Part shown: positions 36,405 through 44,970 of the stretch, one piece after another
How positions within the stretch are numbered: position 1 is the first letter of the stretch
Layout: every line of letters begins with the position of its first letter
Origin: a virus
Virus record (IMG/VR): IMGVR_UViG_3300024259_000034
Direction: 5' to 3' (one strand)
Length of the DNA stretch: 59,774 nucleotides
Notes under the pieces: generated by a model
Databases searched by the model: none
Told to the model about the DNA's origin: nothing
What the model saw: only the letters and a program-made list of their open reading frames with translations
Made by a program: the position numbers and the translations under genes

Positions 36405-37345
36405 AATTCCTCCAGCATTTTTCCTAATTCGTCACGAGTCAATTGCCACGGATTGTTTCCTGATCCAAAAGTCCAACGATGCTCAGTTGGAGTGCTGGCT
36501 TTCCGTATCGTAAAATGTTTCATACGTTTATCCGTATAAATACTCTCCTCCTCTGTAATTAGGAACTCGTGCAACTTCTCTTGACCACGCAGACCTATGT
36601 ATTTTATCTCCGCCTCCGGAGCAATAAATTTCGCGATGTCCATCACTGACAAAGATGGCATATTGGGAACGTAAATCTCACCGCCTTTCATGTCCTCTAT
36701 CCTGTCACAAATAAATGCAGCGACTTCCTTCACCGTTATCCAGAATCGAGTCATCTTCGGGTCAGTCACTGTCAAAATGCCGAATTGCGCTTGTCTCCTG
36801 AATAGCTCAATCACAGATCCATTTGAACCAAACACATTTCCATATCGAATGCACGAGAATCTTGGGTCCCTCCCTCCCGAATAAGTGTTGGCCGTAATCA
36901 TCAGATCCTCGGCACACTTCTTCGTCGCCCCATATAGCGTAGTTGGATAAACGGCTTTATCGGTGCTGATCTGCACGACTTTTTCAACCACATTCCGGAC
37001 AGCAGCGTACACAATATTCTCAGCTCCACCAACATTCGTTTCGATACACTCCAGAGGATTCTCTTCGGCGGTATCAATTCTCTTGATCGCCGCGCAGTGG
37101 ATAATAATATCTGTGCCGATCGATGCCATGATAACTCGCTCTCGATCTCTGACATCTCCGATCAGGTAGGCAATATTTTCCGTGTATCCTTCCTCAGTCA
37201 ATTGCGCTCTCAACTCTGCCTGTTTATGCTCAGACCGACTGAAGATCCGTATTCCTCGTGGTTTGTACTTGTGCATGATCGTTCTTACCAGCATACTCCC
37301 TAAAGTGCCGGTTCCTCCAGTAATCAGAATCTCTTTACCGTTCAT
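36401..37345 (-). CDS. UDP-GlcNAc 4,6-dehydratase, PseB/FlaA1/SpsM-like (short CapD type)
   Basis: ILITGGTGTLGS Rossmann motif, SRSEHKQ, ISTDKAVYPTTLYGATK (YxxxK). Confidence 0.75.
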   Translation of the reverse strand: MNGKEILITGGTGTLGSMLVRTIMHKYKPRGIRIFSRSEHKQAELRAQLTEEGYTENIAYLIGDVRDRERVIMASIGTDIIIHCAAIKRIDTAEENPLECIETNVGGAENIVYAAVRNVVEKVVQISTDKAVYPTTLYGATKKCAEDLMITANTYSGGRDPRFSCIRYGNVFGSNGSVIELFRRQAQFGILTVTDPKMTRFWITVKEVAAFICDRIEDMKGGEIYVPNMPSLSVMDIAKFIAPEAEIKYIGLRGQEKLHEFLITEEESIYTDKRMKHFTIRKASTPTEHRWTFGSGNNPWQLTRDELGKMLEEL

Positions 37346-37557
37346 TCAATCCTCGCTGTAATTGTCCCAAATTTTGTCTTTTTTTGATCGATGTACTTCC
37401 GATAAAACGAACACTCAAACCAATCTGTCATCTTATCTCGATAGCAATACGGACCCATTTGTTTCCAGCATTTAGTGCAAAAAACCGCAGCTCTGTATCC
37501 TTTCTTGATTTCAGAGACAGTGACCGCAGCAAACCTATGCTCACAGTCATCCTTCAT
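37342..37557 (-). CDS. small Cys-rich hypothetical protein
   Basis: 71-aa ORF within the operon. Confidence 0.45.
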   Translation of the reverse strand: MKDDCEHRFAAVTVSEIKKGYRAAVFCTKCWKQMGPYCYRDKMTDWFECSFYRKYIDQKKTKFGTITARIE

Positions 37558-38386
37558 TGATTACCTTTCTACCTCTCAATCCGGTACCGGGATCGGCTTT
37601 CAAATACCGCTCAGTTTGCTGCTTCCTGATAATATCGAAATTGGGTGTTCCCCATGCCTCTTCTTGAACCCTGATACCAGTAATCGCACTCTCTAAAAAT
37701 GAAGCAGACCAGCAATGACCATGTACCGATTCCGCTCCTTTGTTGTCATCAAGATCAAAATGCGCCTCGATATATTCTGCTCCGGCTGCGACTGCTCCAT
37801 AAATCACATTCCTGTTTTTTGTATGATCAGACCAGCCCATTTTAAAACAATCTGGATATCGTTGACAAAAATCCTCAATCACCGCCAGATTGCATTCTTT
37901 TACTGCTGCAGGATACTTGGAAACACAGTGCATAATCGTCAGATCGATCTCATCTTCCTGAATCTCAGCCAACATTTCGAACAACTCTGTTTCATCCATC
38001 AGACCGATTGAAACAAACAGTGGTTTTTTGATCACCAATGCAGTTCTGTATAACTCAACCAGACCGGCTTCATGACTGGCTATCTTCAAGAAATCTGAAT
38101 ACTGATGATACATCGACATCCACGTTGGATCAAAAAACGAATATCCAATATTGATATGCTTCGCTATGGCATATTGTTTCATCACCGGGAGCCAGTGGGG
38201 TTTCAACTGTCTCTCCTCTGCCTGTCGATAATTCGGATGTGAGTATTCATAAAGCTGGTTGGCAGTGTAAAGCTGAAACTTCACTCCCCAACATCCAATA
38301 TCTTTCGCGACACTGATCAGATTCAGCGCACGGTCTAACTCTCCGTTGTGGTTGCTTCCCACTTCGGCAATAAATCTCGTTTCCAT
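37547..38386 (-). CDS. NeuB-family nonulosonic acid synthase (PseI/LegI/SpsE-like), no SAF domain
   Basis: FIAEVGSNHNGELDRALNLISVAKDIGCWGVKFQ. At 279 aa it is a TIM barrel only. Confidence 0.75.
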   Translation of the reverse strand: METRFIAEVGSNHNGELDRALNLISVAKDIGCWGVKFQLYTANQLYEYSHPNYRQAEERQLKPHWLPVMKQYAIAKHINIGYSFFDPTWMSMYHQYSDFLKIASHEAGLVELYRTALVIKKPLFVSIGLMDETELFEMLAEIQEDEIDLTIMHCVSKYPAAVKECNLAVIEDFCQRYPDCFKMGWSDHTKNRNVIYGAVAAGAEYIEAHFDLDDNKGAESVHGHCWSASFLESAITGIRVQEEAWGTPNFDIIRKQQTERYLKADPGTGLRGRKVINEG

Positions 38387-38883
38387 TCTTTCCTCGTTAT
38401 CGACGCTACATGGCTACTGTAGAACGTCTTGTTTTTCCAGAATCGATCAGTCAAGAAACCTTCATGGCGGAAACCCTGCTTTTTCCAGAATTTCCAGTTC
38501 TGTGTGGTGGCAATGACCTCGATAAAAATACAGTTCAGATTCGCGAGATTGAATCCGACCTCAAGCAATTTCCTGACAGCCTGTGTTCCATATCCCTGCT
38601 TCTGATAATCCGGTTTTACCAATAAACCCATCTCAGCAGTTCGATTCACAGCATCAATTTTATCAAGACCGCAGTAACCGATAAAATTAAACAACTTGAA
38701 TTCATTCCCATCATAAATGAAATAATACCGCTCCCGGTCTGACATATTCTTCACCCATTGCTCCTGACCCCAACCTTTTGCAGTCAGATCATCAGCTCTC
38801 AAGGAAAGCATCGATTCATTCCGCCATTGAGCGATCAGATCCAGTTCCGGCTGTTTGACTGTCATCTTCTCCAGCTTGATCAT
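38335..38883 (-). CDS. GNAT N-acetyltransferase
   Basis: 182 aa with YQKQGYGTQAVRKLLEVGF (motif A). Confidence 0.7.
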   Translation of the reverse strand: MIKLEKMTVKQPELDLIAQWRNESMLSLRADDLTAKGWGQEQWVKNMSDRERYYFIYDGNEFKLFNFIGYCGLDKIDAVNRTAEMGLLVKPDYQKQGYGTQAVRKLLEVGFNLANLNCIFIEVIATTQNWKFWKKQGFRHEGFLTDRFWKNKTFYSSHVASITRKEWKRDLLPKWEATTTES

Positions 38884-40202
38884 CTCAACTCCTCCACGTT
38901 CTCAGTGACCTTCTCAAACGCATTGATAATATCATCCAAATCTCCTCGGTTCGTTGGTGGCGCCAGATACAAGTGCAGGAATAGATCGTCTTTCCAGAGC
39001 TTTTCGACAACTGGAAGCGGTTTAATAAATCTATCAGCACCAATCGAATGATACCGCACTTCTTTATCTGGATTCTTGAACCGATCATCAAACAAAGGCA
39101 TCCTGTAAATCGGCTTGATATATCCACCACCAATCCTGACTCCCTCACTTTCTCGACCTCTCATCGGCTGTAATTCTGCCTTAACAGCTTCCAAAAATCG
39201 ATCTCGATGTAATTCAAGATAATCTTGATCGTAAAAAAACGCCTGGACATAGAACGTATGCGTACAGGATTCACGAATCGGCGCCGGGGTAATGAAAGGT
39301 ATGTTATTCAACCGAACTGCAAGATAATCGGCATTTTCGTTCCTTTTACCGATAAAGAAATCCAACTTCTTCAACTGCTCCTGCAGGATCGCTGCTTGAA
39401 TTTCGGTCATCCTCAGGTTCATTCCCCACAATTCTTTGTGCTTTTCCAGAACTGGTCGATGCTCCAAGTTCATCTCAGCGTCATTAATTACCGCCTCCGC
39501 ATGGTTTATGATCAACCGGCATCTCTCTGCCAACTCATCATCTATTGCAGTAATCATCCCGCCTTCTCCGGCTGTCATATGCTTGCCCTGAGTAAAACTG
39601 AAGCAACCGATATCTCCCAAATCCCCGGTATACAAATTCTCTGGATTTCCCATCAACCATGCTCCCGGTGCTTGCGCTGCATCTTCGATCAGATATATGC
39701 CTTTTTCCTGTGCAAATGCGATCAGCCTTTTATCAAATGGCTGGCCAAATAAATCGACGGCAATAATCGCTTTCGTATGTTCAGTGATCTTCGATTCCAC
39801 CGATTCCACATCGAGACAGAAATAATCTCTCTCAACATCTGCAAAAACTGGGGTAGCTCCACAAAGCATTGGAGCAGTAGCACTGCAAGCCATCGAATAT
39901 GGCGTGACAATCACTTCATTTCCCGGCTTTAATCCAATTGCCAGACAAGCGACATGCAAAGCGGAAGTGCAGCTATTCACAGCAATCGCGTGTTTGTGCT
40001 GAAACCTCTCCTTCCACATTTCCTCAAACTTCTGGACTTCAGTTCCGCCTCGATACTTCTGCCAGTTTCCTCGGTATCCAGACAGCATCTGAGATTCCAT
40101 AACTCTCTGGGCTGCTGATGCTTCCTCATACCCGATACAAGCCTGATTCGGGAACAGCTCTGTTCTGATCGGCTCACCGCCGTTGATTGCTAGTTTTGCC
40201 AC
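38880..40202 (-). CDS. DegT/DnrJ/EryC1/StrS-family sugar aminotransferase (PseC/LegC-like)
   Basis: 440 aa with the PLP-lysine motif CFSFTQGKHMTAGEGG. Confidence 0.8.
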   Translation of the reverse strand: MAKLAINGGEPIRTELFPNQACIGYEEASAAQRVMESQMLSGYRGNWQKYRGGTEVQKFEEMWKERFQHKHAIAVNSCTSALHVACLAIGLKPGNEVIVTPYSMACSATAPMLCGATPVFADVERDYFCLDVESVESKITEHTKAIIAVDLFGQPFDKRLIAFAQEKGIYLIEDAAQAPGAWLMGNPENLYTGDLGDIGCFSFTQGKHMTAGEGGMITAIDDELAERCRLIINHAEAVINDAEMNLEHRPVLEKHKELWGMNLRMTEIQAAILQEQLKKLDFFIGKRNENADYLAVRLNNIPFITPAPIRESCTHTFYVQAFFYDQDYLELHRDRFLEAVKAELQPMRGRESEGVRIGGGYIKPIYRMPLFDDRFKNPDKEVRYHSIGADRFIKPLPVVEKLWKDDLFLHLYLAPPTNRGDLDDIINAFEKVTENVEELR

Positions 40203-40212
40203 GCCATTCTCC

Positions 40213-41148
40213 TTATTTATTCGATGTCAACTTCTTCTGCAGATTCACTGCTGCATCGGCTCCCAACAAAGTCAGGAAATCCACGCCGTTAGTGCTTCCG
40301 CCTTTACCGTTTCCACCAATCACAATGGAAGGGACCAGTTGTGCTTTGCCAAGACTTCCGTACAGCGTCGTCATGATCTTCACCTGAGCCTCGATCTCTT
40401 TATCAAAAACATACTTAGGATCCAGTGCATTCTTCGCTGCTTTCTTCCTGGCTGCTGCCATAACCATCAAACCTTCAGCAATCTTACGCTGTTTGGCCAG
40501 GATCTCAATCTGCTTCAATTTCGCCTGTCGCTCAAGCTCAACCTCCTGACTCGCATTAATCACAGCAACTTCTTTGCGCTGTTCGGCACTGATTCTGGCT
40601 TTCTCTTTATCCTTCAGGGATTCAGCTCTCTGATCTTCCAAAGTTTTCAGACCTAACGCTTTGGCAGTTTCGGCTTCCTGTTGGGCTTTCTTCAGGTTCT
40701 GCCGTGCAAGTGCTTCATCTGCAGCCGATTTTTTCTGGCTTTCAAGACGTTCCAAAACCTTTTCTTCATAAACCACATCGATAATGGAAGCATCAACAAC
40801 CGTGATCCCATAATCAGTCAGAGGAGATTTCGTTCGCATATCCTTGCCGTCATCAGCTTTCCGCTTTCTTATGGTCACTCTCTGGCGGTCAGACAACTCA
40901 TCTTTGGTCTTTGCTCTTGATCCGGCTTTATCAATCTGCTGGTCAACAACAAAAATACCATTAATCATCTGGTCACGGAAATCCATACTCAACTGGCCAT
41001 TTCCACCAGAATAATGCTCTTCAACCGACATCAATCTGGCTGACGCTTTGGCAGTCTCTTCGGTCGCTCTCACCATCACATTTGAAACCAGAGTATCCTG
41101 ATCTCCAAATTCCCGGTGGATCTTCAGAAGCGGTTTTCCTGCCGGCAT
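40213..41148 (-). CDS. SPFH/band-7 (flotillin-like) protein, C-terminal part
   Basis: 311 aa with a coiled-coil EA-rich region. The upstream frame stays open to within the end of 41150..41500. Confidence 0.55.
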   Translation of the reverse strand: MPAGKPLLKIHREFGDQDTLVSNVMVRATEETAKASARLMSVEEHYSGGNGQLSMDFRDQMINGIFVVDQQIDKAGSRAKTKDELSDRQRVTIRKRKADDGKDMRTKSPLTDYGITVVDASIIDVVYEEKVLERLESQKKSAADEALARQNLKKAQQEAETAKALGLKTLEDQRAESLKDKEKARISAEQRKEVAVINASQEVELERQAKLKQIEILAKQRKIAEGLMVMAAARKKAAKNALDPKYVFDKEIEAQVKIMTTLYGSLGKAQLVPSIVIGGNGKGGSTNGVDFLTLLGADAAVNLQKKLTSNK

Positions 41149-41149
41149 T

Positions 41150-41500
41150 CTAAATCTGGCAACACCCTTCGCTCCGCCTGTCGTAGTGTCCAGAAATCAA
41201 TCTGGGGTTCGGCTCCAATTTTGAGGATGCCTTCGCGCTCGGTGTCCCTGTAAAGTTAACAGCAATCACCCTTTTGTAAATCGTGGGCGTTCCAAACAGT
41301 CTCATGTACGGTCCCGGCGTATCAATTACCGACATCGTTCCACCAACACTCTGCAGCACAATCCTCTCATCGGCATCGTTGAAATCGACGGTCTTGATTC
41401 CAAGTACCAAAAGCACAATAAACAAAATTACCGCTGGCACTCCGATTTTTACCATCTTTCGGAATGGCTTAGGAATCATACCTTCAATTGTTTCAGTCAT
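41150..41500 (-). CDS. TM anchor plus start of an SPFH domain (possibly the N-terminal part of a split gene)
   Basis: N-terminal TM helix (VPAVILFIVLLVLGI) followed by DERIVLQSVGGTMSVIDTPGPYMRLFG, an SPFH-like start. Confidence 0.5.
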   Translation of the reverse strand: MTETIEGMIPKPFRKMVKIGVPAVILFIVLLVLGIKTVDFNDADERIVLQSVGGTMSVIDTPGPYMRLFGTPTIYKRVIAVNFTGTPSAKASSKLEPNPRLISGHYDRRSEGCCQI

Positions 41501-41518
41501 CTTTAAACTCCTTCAATT

Positions 41519-41902
41519 TTAATTTAACAAAATCCTCAACTTCAGTCCCTGGCAGTGAAAGAACCTTGGGAAGAAACTCCCGCTTCTATGGAGATCAATC
41601 AGCGTTCCCTCAATCTCCGAAAGGCTGGAATCCGCCCCTTTCTGGCGGTCCAGTTCAATCAAGCCATCGATTAACCGATTCACAATGCTATCCGGATCCT
41701 CGATTAGCTTCCTCTGCTGGATCTTCTTTTCTTTCTCGCTTTTTGCCAGTTCGACAATCCAAAAGAAAACGCCAGCACCCATAACAACAAATATAACATT
41801 CACCACCATCGATAGTGCAATCATCACGATTTCCAAATTGCAAGTGTAAACGAACCTGCGATTATCAAAATCCACAGGATTACATAAAGCACCTTGTGCC
41901 AT
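41519..41902 (-). CDS. small membrane protein
   Basis: One TM helix (MIALSMVVNVIFVVMGAGVFFWIV). The start is ambiguous (41902 or 41824). Confidence 0.45.
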   Translation of the reverse strand: MAQGALCNPVDFDNRRFVYTCNLEIVMIALSMVVNVIFVVMGAGVFFWIVELAKSEKEKKIQQRKLIEDPDSIVNRLIDGLIELDRQKGADSSLSEIEGTLIDLHRSGSFFPRFFHCQGLKLRILLN

Positions 41903-41936
41903 CTTTTCGTCAAGACTCCTTCAACTACTTTCATCA

Positions 41937-42884
41937 TCATCCCTCCAAAACTTTATGGACAGCAATCGCATCTTCCGCATCACATTTCAGATCCTCTGAG
42001 CCGTCCAGGTATTTGACTGCGTTTTCCAACATAAAATGCAGATTCCATCCCATGTTCGTTGCCTGAGTTTTCGGCATTCCCAATTGCGGATAGCTGCCGT
42101 AAATACTTTCGTTCTCTATCGGATAAGTCGCCAATCTAGTTCCGTACTGGTAAAACTGGAACCTTCCGACTGAGCTGATTACATCTATCTCGAACGTGTA
42201 GGCTTTCCGGCCATCGACTCCGGTGAAAACCACATAAGGGCATCTCCCATACACAAAATCAGTTGTCAGGGTCGGGTCATCGCCATCTCTATCATAAATC
42301 GGCGTATGTTTTGGCGCTGCTCCCTCCAATGCACCAAACCACCAATTGCAGAGATCAATAGCGTGAGATCCATCATGCTTCAATCCTCGACCGTAAATCA
42401 CTCTCGCGTTGTAAATCTCAACTCCAGGCTTACTCAGTTTCTCATAAACTCCCTGATGGAATGCTTCAAATCTTCTGGAGTAATCGACCATTAGCGGGAC
42501 TCCAGCAGCCTCACAATAACCGTGCATCCACATCGCTTCATTAAGATCCATGCCAAACGGCTTCTCACAGATAATCAACTTCGGTTTCATATCAGCACAA
42601 TGCTTCACAACCTCCAGATGGAATTTCGTCGGCACTGCCACGATCATAATATCTGCCTCTGAAGTCACAATTGACGACCAGCCACAATCCCATTTCTCTC
42701 CGGCTTCCTTTGCTTTCCTATGATCCTCATCAAAAATGCTCACCAGATCGATTCTCTTGTGCGCCCAACATGCGTGTCCGTGGGTTAGAGGGACAGTCCG
42801 TTTATCCTTTTTGTCCTTTGACTCTGGCTTCAACGCTCCAATGGAACCGGCTCCGATAATCGTTGCTGTGTAATTTTTCATCAT
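41937..42884 (-). CDS. Gfo/Idh/MocA-family NAD(P) oxidoreductase
   Basis: TIIGAGSIGA Rossmann motif plus the ICEKPF motif. Confidence 0.75.
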   Translation of the reverse strand: MMKNYTATIIGAGSIGALKPESKDKKDKRTVPLTHGHACWAHKRIDLVSIFDEDHRKAKEAGEKWDCGWSSIVTSEADIMIVAVPTKFHLEVVKHCADMKPKLIICEKPFGMDLNEAMWMHGYCEAAGVPLMVDYSRRFEAFHQGVYEKLSKPGVEIYNARVIYGRGLKHDGSHAIDLCNWWFGALEGAAPKHTPIYDRDGDDPTLTTDFVYGRCPYVVFTGVDGRKAYTFEIDVISSVGRFQFYQYGTRLATYPIENESIYGSYPQLGMPKTQATNMGWNLHFMLENAVKYLDGSEDLKCDAEDAIAVHKVLEG

Positions 42885-43132
42885 CCTCTCTTTTTTTCAT
42901 TGGAAGTCAAACGCCGATCAAATAGTCCCACCTTCTTCTGGTAATACGCCTCGATCTTTTTCAATGCAGGGACTTCCTGATTCAACAGATTCGCATAATC
43001 GACACATGCCTGAACCATTGCATCCTGGGCTTCATAGGCATAAACAATAAACTCCTGATCATCAATAAACGTGACTCTGTATGGTCTGGCTGCAGTGTTG
43101 TTCACATCTTCTCCCAAAGATAATGAGCGCAA
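42881..43132 (-). CDS. hypothetical protein
   Basis: 83-aa ORF. Confidence 0.45.
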   Translation of the reverse strand: MRSLSLGEDVNNTAARPYRVTFIDDQEFIVYAYEAQDAMVQACVDYANLLNQEVPALKKIEAYYQKKVGLFDRRLTSNEKKRG

Positions 43133-43293
43133 TGCCTCGGGTAATCCTTACCTTGCCAAACATCGATTATCGTTTTGGCATCCGTCGCAATTCCAGCAGT
43201 ATCTCTTTGCCATAGCTCAAAAACTTCAACCAGCCTTTCAAGTGTCACTGTTTTAGTCGGCTGTGGTGGAGCTGTCGGTGATTCTTGTGTCAT
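43102..43293 (-). CDS. hypothetical protein
   Basis: 63-aa ORF with an ATGA overlap to the cytidylyltransferase gene. Confidence 0.4.
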   Translation of the reverse strand: MTQESPTAPPQPTKTVTLERLVEVFELWQRDTAGIATDAKTIIDVWQGKDYPRHCAHYLWEKM

Positions 43294-44024
43294 CCTTCCT
43301 CCGGTGCTTTGGTTTTCACACTGCGATTTAATTCCAACAGGTTCGGATGTGCCTTCAAAAACCTGACAACATCCAATGCAGTAAATCCAGGCGTGGATCT
43401 GAAGTGATGCCAGATGATATCAATCAACGCATAATCCTCTGGCGTATCTAACGTAATGCGGAGATCAGGCCATTTCAACTCTCCTTTTGCTTCGATATTA
43501 GCACATCGAAATGACGAGTCTTGCATGATATTCCAACCGACATGGATCGGATTCAGGATCTTATTCCTGATTTGATCTAATGCGGTAAAGGAGTAAACTT
43601 GCACATCTAACCCATCAGGAAACGACCTGATCCCAACATTGGAGGCATAATCAACCGCTTTATCACTGATGAATCGCTCGATCACATCATCCATAATATC
43701 CGGATCGATCAATGGACAGTCAGCGGTGATCTCAACAATGACATCAATTCCATATTCTTTCGCACACCGATAAATCCTTTCCAAAACATTATCCGGATCG
43801 CCATCGAACAAATAGATTCCGGCGCCAGCTTCATGGGCAACGGGAATCAGTTCGATATTTTTCTCAGACAAATAAGTTGCTACTATGGGGTTTAGACACC
43901 AGAACGAATTTCTGACTCTCTCGATCACACGCTGTAAGGCAGGTTTTCCGGCAAGCGATAGCATGGCTTTTCCCGGCAATCGGGTACTCTCCATGCGACA
44001 CTGAATGATTGGCACGATTCTCAT
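43290..44024 (-). CDS. CMP-sugar cytidylyltransferase (SpsF/PseF/NeuA-like, CTP_transf_3)
   Basis: IVPIIQCRMESTRLPGKAM matches the IQARxxSxRLPGK motif of the SpsF type. Confidence 0.7.
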   Translation of the reverse strand: MRIVPIIQCRMESTRLPGKAMLSLAGKPALQRVIERVRNSFWCLNPIVATYLSEKNIELIPVAHEAGAGIYLFDGDPDNVLERIYRCAKEYGIDVIVEITADCPLIDPDIMDDVIERFISDKAVDYASNVGIRSFPDGLDVQVYSFTALDQIRNKILNPIHVGWNIMQDSSFRCANIEAKGELKWPDLRITLDTPEDYALIDIIWHHFRSTPGFTALDVVRFLKAHPNLLELNRSVKTKAPEEG

Positions 44025-44067
44025 TTTATGTCTCCTGTACTATTTATAAACGATCTAAAAATTAAGT

Positions 44068-44301
44068 TCAAATTTTGTATTTCGCATACATCTTTTCGAC
44101 CGGCATACCTTCGCTCAATAGCTCCTTCGCCTTGGTCACTTTTATTCTCAGCAACTTGTAAAACTCACTCTTGAGAATCACTTTGCCGTTCAAATAAACC
44201 GTGGCTCCCTTTGGAGTTGTCGTGTTCTTGTAATTCCCAAAATACTTACTTTCCACGGTATCTCCACTCCTCGATCCACCGAAATACCAGAGCAATCTCA
44301 T
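44068..44301 (-). CDS. hypothetical protein
   Basis: 77-aa ORF that overlaps the upstream ORF by 56 nt. Confidence 0.4.
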   Translation of the reverse strand: MRLLWYFGGSRSGDTVESKYFGNYKNTTTPKGATVYLNGKVILKSEFYKLLRIKVTKAKELLSEGMPVEKMYAKYKI

Positions 44302-44452
44302 ACTTCAATCTCGCCCTGAAATACTGACAGCGACCGCAAATCCAGGCAGACCATTTCCACCGATGCTCGTGACGAACGAAATTACTGCATGTCCAGATAA
44401 ACCTGATCTTTTTTTTCTTCACCTTCTTATCCAGCTTAAATTGTTTTTCCAT
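44246..44452 (-). CDS. small Cys/His-rich basic protein
   Basis: Start trimmed to MEKQFKL. Confidence 0.4.
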   Translation of the reverse strand: MEKQFKLDKKVKKKKIRFIWTCSNFVRHEHRWKWSAWICGRCQYFRARLKYEIALVFRWIEEWRYRGK

Positions 44453-44453
44453 T

Positions 44454-44636
44454 TTACCTCGGGCAATAGCATGGTCTTGCACTGCATTTCTTCCTCCATT
44501 CCAGCCCACCATCCAGACAAGTGATCGATCCGTAATCTATTGCCGGCGCATTTGCCGTGGAGCAGGTTTCCAGAAAAATCACAGCGATTATCATAATTAT
44601 CAGCGTAATGATCGTTATCAGTTTCTCCCAAGTCAT
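44454..44636 (-). CDS. small membrane/secreted protein
   Basis: 60 aa with the N-terminal hydrophobic helix LITIITLIIMIIAVIFL. Confidence 0.45.
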   Translation of the reverse strand: MTWEKLITIITLIIMIIAVIFLETCSTANAPAIDYGSITCLDGGLEWRKKCSARPCYCPR

Positions 44637-44953
44637 TTCCCCTCCTTTATTTTTTCAAGTGCTGCATCAGCTTGTTTCATGAACATTTCTAGGAATTTGT
44701 GAGGATCATCTTTGTTCTTCAAGAATTCGTAAGCACCTAGAAATGATTTATAAACCTCATGGGTGGATTGCTCTGCTGCCTTGTATCCATTTCTGAATTC
44801 TTCAATTTCTTCTTCCGTCATTAGATCAGGATGAAAATTTTTCTTTTCCTCTCTTAAAGCATCTTCAAAAGTCATCTTTCCTCCTATTGGTATATCCCCA
44901 CAAGCTGCTGATGGATGGTGACGTTTACCGCATATATCGCAATATTCAAACAT
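44633..44953 (-). CDS. hypothetical protein (N-terminal CxxC)
   Basis: Start trimmed to MFEYCDICG behind AGGAGAGAAG. The upstream part of the track ORF is the structured RNA instead. Confidence 0.55.
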   Translation of the reverse strand: MFEYCDICGKRHHPSAACGDIPIGGKMTFEDALREEKKNFHPDLMTEEEIEEFRNGYKAAEQSTHEVYKSFLGAYEFLKNKDDPHKFLEMFMKQADAALEKIKEGK

Positions 44954-44970
44954 CTTCTCTCCTGTTGAAC

